Assembly (NCBI GenBank): GCA_913052575.1
Contig: CAJXFK010000004.1
Span: 1 to 63,011, forward strand
From: an uncultured Planctomycetaceae bacterium
Lineage (GTDB): Bacteria; Planctomycetota; Planctomycetia; Pirellulales; UBA1268
DNA: 63,011 bases
Direction: 5' to 3'
A program made the position numbers and the translations under genes. Positions 29,781-38,656 of this stretch are shown here, piece by piece. A model generated the notes under the pieces. It worked only from the letters and a program-made list of their open reading frames with translations, ran no database searches and was not told the DNA's origin. How positions within the stretch are numbered: position 1 is the stretch's first letter; every line of letters starts with the position of its first letter.

Positions 29781-31118
29781 GTGAAGATAGCAATAGTTGG
29801 TACAGGTTATGTTGGGCTCGTTACTGGTACGTGTCTGGCTGACAGCGGTAACGATGTCACGTGTCTTGACGTTGATGAAAAAAAAGTTGCTGTTCTTAAA
29901 AATGGCAATGTTCCATTTTATGAGCCAGGTCTTGAAGAGCTGGTGGAACGAAATGTAAAAGTTGGACGGTTGCACTTTACCAGCGACACGCACGAAGCAA
30001 TTGCAGCCGCTGAGATTGTTTTCCTTGCGGTTGGAACGCCACCAACCGCGACCGGCTCGGCTGATTTGTCTGCGCTTCAGGCTGCGGTGGAATCAGTCGC
30101 CCAGTATCTTGGTGAAGAAACCGTTGTCATCACAAAAAGTACGGTACCTGTTGGCACTGCCGCCAATATTGAGCAACGACTGCTGCAAGCTACGGGCCGA
30201 GTGTGTCAGGTAGCGAGTAACCCAGAGTTTTTGAAGGAGGGGGCAGCGATTGAAGATTTTCAGCGGCCTGATCGTGTAGTTGTGGGTGTGCGTGCTCCCG
30301 AGGTTGCTGAAAAATTACGCCGGCTGTATTTGCCATTTTTGCGAACGGAGAGACCGTTCTTGGTGATGACGCCGGAAAGTGCTGAGATGACAAAATATGT
30401 TGCCAATTCACTTTTGGCAACAAAAATTAGTTTTATTAACGAAGTTGCTAATCTCTGTGAACGAATGGAAGCTGATGTTGACGATGTCAGGCGGGGAATC
30501 GGTCATGATAGCCGAATTGGATTCTCGTTTTTATTTCCTGGCGCTGGCTATGGAGGAAGTTGTTTTCCAAAGGACGTGCAAGCGCTCGCAGCCATGGCAC
30601 GTGAGCGGTCGAGTGAATTCCGCATCCTGCAGGCTGTGCACGAAGCGAACATCAGGCAAAAACAAGTTCTTGGAAAGAAAATAGAAGAATTTTTCGACGG
30701 CGATCTCGCTGGCCGCCGAATTGCCCTCTGGGGCCTTGCTTTTAAGCCTCGCACAGACGATGTTCGAGATGCTCCGGCGCTCGAGCTTATAAATATGCTT
30801 CTCGCAGCCCAGGTGAAGATTCGAGTTTTTGACCCGGAAGCAATGGGTAATGTGCAGAAGCTCTATGGAAGTCAGCTTGAGTATGCTTCAAGTCCACTTG
30901 ATGCTGCTGCTGACGCAGACGCACTTGCAATTGTGACAGAGTGGGGAGATTTCCGTCGGCCTGATTTTAAAGCACTGAAGGCCGCTATGGCGAGTCACGT
31001 GATCTTTGATGGACGAAATCTGTTCGATTGCTCAGAAATGCTTTCGAGCGGATTTCTGTACTATTCGATTGGTCGATCTGTGGTTGATGGTCGAATCAAA
31101 TGTGATAGTTCTGGATGA
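29781..31118 (+). CDS. ugd: UDP-glucose 6-dehydrogenase
   Basis: GTGYVG, KSTVPVGT, SNPEFLKEG, GYGGSCFPKD, AFKPRTDD.R. Confidence 0.93.
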   Translation: MKIAIVGTGYVGLVTGTCLADSGNDVTCLDVDEKKVAVLKNGNVPFYEPGLEELVERNVKVGRLHFTSDTHEAIAAAEIVFLAVGTPPTATGSADLSALQAAVESVAQYLGEETVVITKSTVPVGTAANIEQRLLQATGRVCQVASNPEFLKEGAAIEDFQRPDRVVVGVRAPEVAEKLRRLYLPFLRTERPFLVMTPESAEMTKYVANSLLATKISFINEVANLCERMEADVDDVRRGIGHDSRIGFSFLFPGAGYGGSCFPKDVQALAAMARERSSEFRILQAVHEANIRQKQVLGKKIEEFFDGDLAGRRIALWGLAFKPRTDDVRDAPALELINMLLAAQVKIRVFDPEAMGNVQKLYGSQLEYASSPLDAAADADALAIVTEWGDFRRPDFKALKAAMASHVIFDGRNLFDCSEMLSSGFLYYSIGRSVVDGRIKCDSSG

Positions 31119-31310
31119 TTGCGTTCAGCTCCATGCCTGCTTTATGCCGGCTGTCATGATGATTTGTGGAGGAAATTTGATACAACTGGCAAATCAGTTT
31201 GACATGTTTTTTTTGTAAGAGTTACAGTTCTTGATTATAAACACGTCCTTGGTGAGTAATCGCACGAGGATTTTACTAGCACATATTCACTTCCCTGGAG
31301 TTGAACGTCC

Positions 31311-33839
31311 GTGAAAACTTTCTCCGCAGTCGCCGCTACGGTGTTGCTTACGCCTTCTTTTGTCCAGGCTTCTGATGCGAGCAGAGTATCTCCATCTGTA
31401 TCATTTTTCAGCCTCTACGGGCTGTTCTGGATCGCTGGAATTGTCGGCTCTGGATACGCTCTTTGGCAGGCATGGCAGTTTTATCAGTGGATGGAAAGCC
31501 AGTCAGGAGGATCGGAAAAAAATATTGAAATTGCTGGTTATGTGCGAACAGGCGCAGATGCATACCTTAGGCAGCAGTACAAAGTAGTCGCCGGCTTTTT
31601 TGTGGTTATCTTCGCGGTGCTTCTCTTTATGGCTTTTGGCCTCAATGTGCAAAGTGCCTGGGTGCCATTTGCATTTCTCTCAGGCGGTTTGTTTTCTGGC
31701 CTTGCTGGTTGGTGCGGTATGAAGACGGCGACACTTGCGAGCAATCGAACTGCGGCCGGTGCTGAGAAGAGTCTGAATGATGGCCTTCAGGTAGCGTTTC
31801 GGTCAGGTGCTGTGATGGGGCTCACTGTGGTTGGCCTTGGCCTGCTCGATATTGTTGTGTGGTTCTTTATTTTGTATTGGGTTGTTCCCTTGTTTTCATC
31901 GCCACTGTCGCTTGAAGAAATTACTGTCACCATGCTGTGTTTTGGAATGGGAGCAAGTTCGCAAGCGCTGTTTGCCCGTGTTGGCGGAGGTATCTTCACG
32001 AAAGCGGCAGATGTTGGTGCTGATCTTGTTGGTAAAGTTGAGCAGGACATTCCAGAAGACGATGCTCGTAACCCAGCAACAATTGCTGATAACGTTGGTG
32101 ATAACGTTGGTGATGTAGCTGGTATGGGGGCCGATTTGTACGAAAGTTATTGCGGTAGCATTCTTGCTACGGCGGCACTGGGTGTTGCTGCGTTTGCTGG
32201 TGTCACGGAAGCCGACTACTTCATGCAACTTAGAGCGCTCTTTTTGCCAATTATGATCGCCGCTGCAGGTATTGGTCTGTCTGTCTGGGGGATCTGGCAG
32301 GTCAAGACGCAAGAAGATGCATCACAAAGATCTCTTCTAGCAGCCTTGGCACGTGGTATTAACCTTTCCACGCTTGCAATCGTTGGAGCAGCTATTGTGC
32401 TCACGTTCTTGTTGCTCGGGTGGTCTCATATCGGTGTTGGCATGAGCGTGGTTGTGGGTCTTGTAGCAGGTTGGCTTATTGGGAAATGGACAGAGTATTC
32501 GACAAGTAATGAGTTCGCACCAACAAAAGAACTCGCCGATCAAGCTTTGACCGGGCCGGCTACGATCATTATTGGTGGTGTTGCCGAAGGAATGCTCTCG
32601 GTGTGGGCTCCAGTGATGGTGACTGGCGTGGCGACACTACTGGCTTTCGGATTTGCAAATAATTTCAGTTATGCTGACCCAGGTGATTTCGCTCTCGGCC
32701 TTTATGGTGTGGGAATCGCAGCAGTCGGCATGCTTTCTACGCTCGGTATTACTCTGGCAACCGATGCCTATGGCCCGATCGCTGACAATGCAGGAGGTAA
32801 TGCCCAGATGGCAGAGATGCCAGAGTTTGTGCGAGAGCGAACTGATGCCCTTGATGCTCTCGGGAATACAACAGCGGCAACGGGGAAAGGGTTTGCAATC
32901 GGTTCAGCTGCCTTGACTGCCTTGGCGCTATTGGCGGCTTATGTCGAGGAAGTACGCATTGGATTTGAAAGATGGGGTGAGTCAGCTGTTACGGTAACCG
33001 AGAGTGGTGCTGCACAGACCGGGTCCTGGGTGAAGGTGTCAGACAAGGTGCTTGTCAAAGCTGGTGCAACACCTGTTGAAAATCAAACATGGCTTCTTGT
33101 TGATAACCGACAGCTGCTGGAAGCTATTCCCGACTACAAACAGCTTCCAAGCGGTTCTGTCATACAGAAAATGCCGGAGACGAAATCGCTTCAGACAGCA
33201 CACGACCTCGTTGAAATACGAGCAGCAAAAATGGCTGACTTCATGCGTTTTTATGATGTGACACTGATGAATCCGAAGGTGCTTGTCGGTATGTTTCTCG
33301 GAGCGATGAGTACGTTTGTATTCTGTGCACTCACAATGAAAGCCGTAGGCCGCGCAGCGAAGGGTATGGTTGAAGAAGTCCGTCGACAATTTCGGGAGAA
33401 GCCCGGGATTATGGCGGGTACTGAAAAGCCGGATTATGCAGCGCCTGTTGCAATTAGTACAAAGGCGGCTCAAAGAGAGATGGTGCTGCCCTCTTTGCTT
33501 GCATTATTGGCTCCCGTTGTAACCGGCTTGCTTCTTGGAGTCGGGGGTGTCATGGGTCTTCTTGTTGGGGGTCTTACGACAGGTTTCTGCCTTGCTGTCT
33601 TCATGGCAAATGCAGGCGGAGCATGGGATAATGCCAAGAAGCATATTGAAAGCGGTGTACACGGAGGCAAGGGCACCGACGCCCATAAGGCAGCGATTGT
33701 CGGTGACACAGTCGGCGATCCCTTTAAGGATACAAGTGGCCCAAGCCTCAATATTCTTGTGAAACTTATGAGTATGGTCAGCGTGGTTGCTGCGGGACTC
33801 GTGGTCAGATATAGCCTTGAGGCGTTCGGCATCTTTTGA
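31311..33839 (+). CDS. hppA: K+-dependent membrane-integral pyrophosphatase (Na+- or Na+,H+-translocating)
   Basis: DVGADLVGKVE, DNVGDNVGD, DAYGPIADNAGG, GNTTAA (Ala = K+-dependent), GDTVGDPFKD. Confidence 0.95.
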   Translation: MKTFSAVAATVLLTPSFVQASDASRVSPSVSFFSLYGLFWIAGIVGSGYALWQAWQFYQWMESQSGGSEKNIEIAGYVRTGADAYLRQQYKVVAGFFVVIFAVLLFMAFGLNVQSAWVPFAFLSGGLFSGLAGWCGMKTATLASNRTAAGAEKSLNDGLQVAFRSGAVMGLTVVGLGLLDIVVWFFILYWVVPLFSSPLSLEEITVTMLCFGMGASSQALFARVGGGIFTKAADVGADLVGKVEQDIPEDDARNPATIADNVGDNVGDVAGMGADLYESYCGSILATAALGVAAFAGVTEADYFMQLRALFLPIMIAAAGIGLSVWGIWQVKTQEDASQRSLLAALARGINLSTLAIVGAAIVLTFLLLGWSHIGVGMSVVVGLVAGWLIGKWTEYSTSNEFAPTKELADQALTGPATIIIGGVAEGMLSVWAPVMVTGVATLLAFGFANNFSYADPGDFALGLYGVGIAAVGMLSTLGITLATDAYGPIADNAGGNAQMAEMPEFVRERTDALDALGNTTAATGKGFAIGSAALTALALLAAYVEEVRIGFERWGESAVTVTESGAAQTGSWVKVSDKVLVKAGATPVENQTWLLVDNRQLLEAIPDYKQLPSGSVIQKMPETKSLQTAHDLVEIRAAKMADFMRFYDVTLMNPKVLVGMFLGAMSTFVFCALTMKAVGRAAKGMVEEVRRQFREKPGIMAGTEKPDYAAPVAISTKAAQREMVLPSLLALLAPVVTGLLLGVGGVMGLLVGGLTTGFCLAVFMANAGGAWDNAKKHIESGVHGGKGTDAHKAAIVGDTVGDPFKDTSGPSLNILVKLMSMVSVVAAGLVVRYSLEAFGIF

Positions 33840-34942
33840 GTGACGGCTTTGGTTTTCATGTTGAGGTGGCTCATTCGTCCGGTTCACGGGCGGGTGTTCT
33901 TACTACGCCGCATGGGCATGTGCAGACACCACTTTTCATGCCCGTAGCAACACTCGCATCAGTAAAAGGTGTGGATATCGGTCGTGTTGCCGAGACTGGT
34001 GCCACAACGCTACTTGCAAATACATACCATTTGCATCTTCGTCCGGGTGAAGAGTTGGTATCTCAGGCTGGTGGCGTAGGAGCCTTTATGGGCTGGTCTG
34101 GTCCGACGTTAACGGATAGTGGTGGCTATCAAGTTTTTAGTCTTGCTCAGCAAGTCAAGGTAACTGATCACGGGGCAACGTTTCGGTCACACCTAGACGG
34201 CTCTCTAGTAGATTTGACTCCCGAGAAAGCAGTTGCCATTCAAGAACTGCTTGGAGCTGATATAGCAATGCAACTTGACCATGTGATTGGTCTTCCGGCA
34301 TCCCGAAATGATGTTTCTGAGTCAATGGAGAGATCTCTCGCGTGGGGTGAGCGTTGCCTTAAGGCTCGCCAAAAATCAGATCAGGCAATGTTTGGTATTG
34401 TGCAGGGAGGGCTTGATCCGGAATTGCGCGCAGTAAGTGCTCAGCATCTTCGGTCACTGCCATTCGAAGGTTTTGCAGTTGGTGGGCTGTCGGTGGGGGA
34501 GGGACCAGAGGCAATGGCTTCGACTCTTCAGGCAACAGTTCCACATTTACCAACGGACAAGCCGCGTTATCTTATGGGGGTTGGTAAACCTGAAGATATC
34601 GTGAATGCAGTTGCGGTAGGGATCGATATGTTTGATTGCGTTCTGCCAACCCGTTGTGGTCGTAATGCACTGCTTTACACATTTGACGGCCCGTTACGGC
34701 TGCGGAATTCTCGATATCTGACGGATCAACGACCTGTTGAAACCGATTGCCCATGCGTAGCATGTCGTCATAGCAGAGCCTACCTAAGGCATCTCTTCCT
34801 TTCTGGTGAGATGCTTGGCCCAGTTTTGGCTTCTATTCATAACCTTACTTTCTATCAGCGACTCATGAAGTATCTTCGGGAGGCCATTGTTGCCGACCAA
34901 TTTGAGGCGGCCCGGGTAGATATTCTCACTCGGATGAATTGA
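33836..34942 (+). CDS. tgt: tRNA-guanine(34) transglycosylase
   Basis: TPLFMPV, NTYHL, TDSGGYQ, PRYLMGVG, DMFDCVLPTR, Zn site CxCxxC...H. Confidence 0.96.
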   Translation: MSDGFGFHVEVAHSSGSRAGVLTTPHGHVQTPLFMPVATLASVKGVDIGRVAETGATTLLANTYHLHLRPGEELVSQAGGVGAFMGWSGPTLTDSGGYQVFSLAQQVKVTDHGATFRSHLDGSLVDLTPEKAVAIQELLGADIAMQLDHVIGLPASRNDVSESMERSLAWGERCLKARQKSDQAMFGIVQGGLDPELRAVSAQHLRSLPFEGFAVGGLSVGEGPEAMASTLQATVPHLPTDKPRYLMGVGKPEDIVNAVAVGIDMFDCVLPTRCGRNALLYTFDGPLRLRNSRYLTDQRPVETDCPCVACRHSRAYLRHLFLSGEMLGPVLASIHNLTFYQRLMKYLREAIVADQFEAARVDILTRMN

Positions 34943-35081
34943 GGCTATCGTGCTCGTGGAGGTGTTGAGTTGGCCTGTGTCCCGGTCGTCTGCATTCGGC
35001 CTTGTCCATTGGAACGTTGGGGAACTACATTTGCTCTTTTCAGAGGAGTGTTTTGACCTTACTTAGCCCCGAGTACGCTTT

Positions 35082-35459
35082 ATGAAAATTTTCGACTATT
35101 CAATGATTTCAGTGCAGCTTTTCGCGGCTGATTCGAAACCCCCTGCGGGCCCGCTGGAATTATTGATTACGTATTTCCCGATGGTTCTTATCGTTGTTGC
35201 GGCATGGTTTCTTTTGTATCGACCTGAAAAAGAACGCATGCGGAAACAACGAGAGCTTCTCAATGATGTTAAAAAGAACGATCGTGTTATTACGGCGTCT
35301 GGAATTGTCGGCACCGTCTCAAATGTAGATAGGGAGCAAGACCGAATAGTTCTTAAGGTTGACGAAAGTTCTAATACGAAAATTACATTTACGTTGGCCA
35401 GTATAAATCGAGTGCTCACTGATTCTGATGATGAAAAAGCGGCTAGCGCTGGGGCATGA
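35082..35459 (+). CDS. yajC: Preprotein translocase subunit YajC
   Basis: Single TM then RP...KKNDRVITASGIVG; tgt-yajC-secD synteny. Confidence 0.93.
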   Translation: MKIFDYSMISVQLFAADSKPPAGPLELLITYFPMVLIVVAAWFLLYRPEKERMRKQRELLNDVKKNDRVITASGIVGTVSNVDREQDRIVLKVDESSNTKITFTLASINRVLTDSDDEKAASAGA

Positions 35460-35510
35460 TGCCCGCCTGGCTCACGTTGTTGATTAAACTTTTGATGAAA
35501 GAAGATTGAG

Positions 35511-38420
35511 ATGAATGGCATGGATGGCTGGTTTGGATTGCTTGCTCAGGTAGCTGAGAACGCCTCTGTAGTGTGGTGGAAAGAGTCGTGGGCGGTCTGG
35601 GTGCTGACACTCGCTGTTGTTCTTGTGCCAACATTTCTGGCGTGGGTCGCCACGAGGCAACTGAAAGCAACAGGCCTCTGGGGGCGTTTGTCGATTGTGC
35701 TCGTAGCTCTTTCTGCAGGCCTTGTAGTGACTGCTCTTGGTTGGCCACCGCGGATGGGCATTGACCTCAAAGGAGGCGTGATACTTGTCTATGAAATTGA
35801 TGCTGATAAACAGCCAGATGGTGGCGTAAGCATGGATAAACTCGTCGCTGCCGTAAGTCGTCGAGTGAATCCAGGTGGACAAAAAGAGGTAACTGTTCGC
35901 CAGTATGGCTTAAACCAGCTCGAAGTTATTGTGCCCGAGGTTGATCAAGCCGAAGTCGAATTTATTAAGCGGATCGTCTCGAGTGCTGGAGTCCTGGAGT
36001 TTCGGATAGTCGCAAACCCACAGGACCCAAGGCACAAAGACCTTATCGAGAAAGCAACTTCTTCTTCTGGAAGCCTTGTGGCTTCGGGCGAGCGATCAGT
36101 AGGTAGATGGATAGAGCTCGATACACAAAAAATTAATCCAGCCGGTGATACGACCTTGGTAATACGAGAAACTGGTGACGGAACCCCCGAAGTCCTTGTA
36201 GCCCTTGATCGTTTTGACGTGACGGGTGATTTCTTATCACGGGCTTCAGGCGGATACGACCAAAATTTACAGCCATGTGTAAATTTTTCTTTCAATTCAC
36301 AAGGGGCAGCACTTTTTGGAACACTCACAAGTCAAAACTTGCCTGACCCAGCGAACCGTTTGCTAAGTCGTCTTGGAATCGTTCTCGATGGGGTGCTGCT
36401 GTCGGCCCCAACTATTCGAAGTACGATTTCGAGCGATGGCCAGATTACTGGAAGCTTCAAGCAGGCAGATGTTGAGTTCTTGGTTGGTGTGTTAAATGCC
36501 GGCAGTTTACCGGCTGCTTTGTACAGCGAACCGATTAGTGAGCAGAAAATTAGTCCACAGCTTGGGGCGGATACGATCCGCTCCGGTGCCCAGGCAATGT
36601 TGCTGGCGACAATTGTTGTCCTGACGTTCATGCTTATGTATTACAGGTTCTCAGGCCTCGTCGCTGATTTAGCTGTGGTGCTAAATATTATTCTGGTTGT
36701 GGCTCTGATGATTTCCATCAAGGCTGCCTTCACGTTAGCTGGATTAGCTGGCCTTGTGCTTTCTGTGGGAATGGCTGTCGATGCAAATGTGTTGATTTAT
36801 GAACGTATGCGTGAAGAGTTGGACCGCGGCGCGTCTGTTCGAATGGCTATTCGAAATGGTTTTCAAAGGGCCTTCTCAACCATCGTTGACTCTAACTTAA
36901 CCACCCTTATCACAGGTATCGTGCTATTTTCAATCGGTACAGATCAACTCAAGGGTTTTGCGGTTACGTTGATTCTTGGCCTATCACTTAATTTGTTTAC
37001 GGCCGTTTTTTGTTCACGAGTTATCTTTGATATCGCTGAGCAGAAACGTCTGCTGAAAAAGCTTTCGATGGCTCGCTTCTTTGGTAAGACAAATTATGCC
37101 TTCGTTCGATGGGTTCGACCGGCAGTTATTGTATCGTTGCTCTTTATTTCCGTGGGTCTGGTTGCAGTATGGCAGCGAGGCCAAGGAATTTTTGATATTG
37201 ATTTTACCGGTGGAACAAGTGTTCAGGTGGCGTTTAAAGATGACCAGGGGCTCGATATTTCGTCTGTACGAGAGGCTGTTTCTGGATTGCCGGACGTTGC
37301 CGTCAGTTCAGTAACAGTTGGTGATGTTGCACCAAATTTGCGATATAAGATTGATTCTTCGGAACGCAGTTCTGAAGTAGTAGAGGAAACGCTTCGGAGT
37401 GCATTTCCAGGGCGGCTGGCCACGTACTCTATGGGTTTTGGCGAAATTTTTTCAACTGCCAGTAAAGCTTCTGATGAAGCAAGAAGTGGTGAGGATAGTG
37501 AAGGCGAAGCCGATAGCGATGCGGGTGCCGACGCGAGCAAACGTCCTCAGTCGCTTGAATCACTAAGCACAGCTGTGGAGTTGGATTTTCCACAGAAAAT
37601 AAATCAAGTAACGTTACAGGAGACCATCGAGCAAGCTTTTAAGAAAGCTGGTCACGAGGGGGTCGCCTTCGAATTGACATCGTCGGTGATGCAAACAAAG
37701 ACGAAACCGTATCGCACATGGTCGTTGTCGACGGCGCTTGCCCCAGAAGCAACCCGTGAGGTGTTAGAGCAGGTTGCAGGTCAGCTAGCGAGTACTCCAA
37801 TTTATCTTTCAGCAAATCGGATTGGTGGAAAAGTTGCTGGAAATACAAAGGTGACGGCTGTTTATGCTCTCTTGGCAAGCCTTGTGATGATCGTCGCCTA
37901 TGTCTGGCTGCGTTTTCAGAATGTGGCGTTTGGGTTAGCGGCGGTTGTTGCATTGTTGCACGATGTTCTTGTGACAATAGCCTGCATCGCTCTGAGCGTT
38001 TTTGTTGCTCCGTATTTGGGGTGGGCACTTGTCGATGACTTCAAGATTAGTCTGGATGTTGTTGCCGCACTACTTACGATTGTAGGGTTCTCGATCAATG
38101 ACACGATTGTCATTTTTGATAGGATGCGAGAAATACGAGGTAAGAGTTCCACTGTTTCGGAGGAGATGGTTGATCGAGCAATCAATCAAACATTGAGTCG
38201 AACAATCTTGACATCAGGGACAGCTTTGTTAGCTGCCATTATTCTTTACTGTTTGGGTGGACAGGGTATTCACGCCTTTGCCTTTGCGATTCTTGTAGGG
38301 ATCATTAGTGGTACCTACAGCACAATCGTGATTGCTTCACCAATCGTACTTTGGTTGCAAGGCAATGCGGTGAATACAACATCTACAAAACGCCAGGTCC
38401 TTGCAAAGCCAATACAATAA
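35511..38420 (+). CDS. secDF: SecD/SecF fusion protein
   Basis: GIDLKGG, GMAVDANVLIYER, DIDFTGG, GFSINDTIVIFDR, LSRTILTS in a single ORF. Confidence 0.95.
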   Translation: MNGMDGWFGLLAQVAENASVVWWKESWAVWVLTLAVVLVPTFLAWVATRQLKATGLWGRLSIVLVALSAGLVVTALGWPPRMGIDLKGGVILVYEIDADKQPDGGVSMDKLVAAVSRRVNPGGQKEVTVRQYGLNQLEVIVPEVDQAEVEFIKRIVSSAGVLEFRIVANPQDPRHKDLIEKATSSSGSLVASGERSVGRWIELDTQKINPAGDTTLVIRETGDGTPEVLVALDRFDVTGDFLSRASGGYDQNLQPCVNFSFNSQGAALFGTLTSQNLPDPANRLLSRLGIVLDGVLLSAPTIRSTISSDGQITGSFKQADVEFLVGVLNAGSLPAALYSEPISEQKISPQLGADTIRSGAQAMLLATIVVLTFMLMYYRFSGLVADLAVVLNIILVVALMISIKAAFTLAGLAGLVLSVGMAVDANVLIYERMREELDRGASVRMAIRNGFQRAFSTIVDSNLTTLITGIVLFSIGTDQLKGFAVTLILGLSLNLFTAVFCSRVIFDIAEQKRLLKKLSMARFFGKTNYAFVRWVRPAVIVSLLFISVGLVAVWQRGQGIFDIDFTGGTSVQVAFKDDQGLDISSVREAVSGLPDVAVSSVTVGDVAPNLRYKIDSSERSSEVVEETLRSAFPGRLATYSMGFGEIFSTASKASDEARSGEDSEGEADSDAGADASKRPQSLESLSTAVELDFPQKINQVTLQETIEQAFKKAGHEGVAFELTSSVMQTKTKPYRTWSLSTALAPEATREVLEQVAGQLASTPIYLSANRIGGKVAGNTKVTAVYALLASLVMIVAYVWLRFQNVAFGLAAVVALLHDVLVTIACIALSVFVAPYLGWALVDDFKISLDVVAALLTIVGFSINDTIVIFDRMREIRGKSSTVSEEMVDRAINQTLSRTILTSGTALLAAIILYCLGGQGIHAFAFAILVGIISGTYSTIVIASPIVLWLQGNAVNTTSTKRQVLAKPIQ

Positions 38421-38656
38421 TCTTGGTGGGAAACATTGCGGTTCATGCTGGTTGTTCGGCCGCTTCATAGGTCTCGTGAAGATGAATTTCGTAAGGAATT
38501 TGTTTTTTGGAACGCCTGTCAATAAAAAATAATGCATATTTGGCATGCGTTTGGAGTGCGCGATTGAGTGTAGGTGATTCATTGCAAGGATGCAGCAATT
38601 GTGTGGGCCAAGTCGTGTCTGCACAATGCGTTTCTCAGCATTTAGGTGGTGAACGT

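Noticed and set aside
35053-35085. 10-codon uORF (TTG ACC...TTA TGA) overlapping the yajC ATG after GAGGAG
   Set aside because: RBS spacing is only 4 nt and the same bases could be a TTGACC promoter element; too short to support
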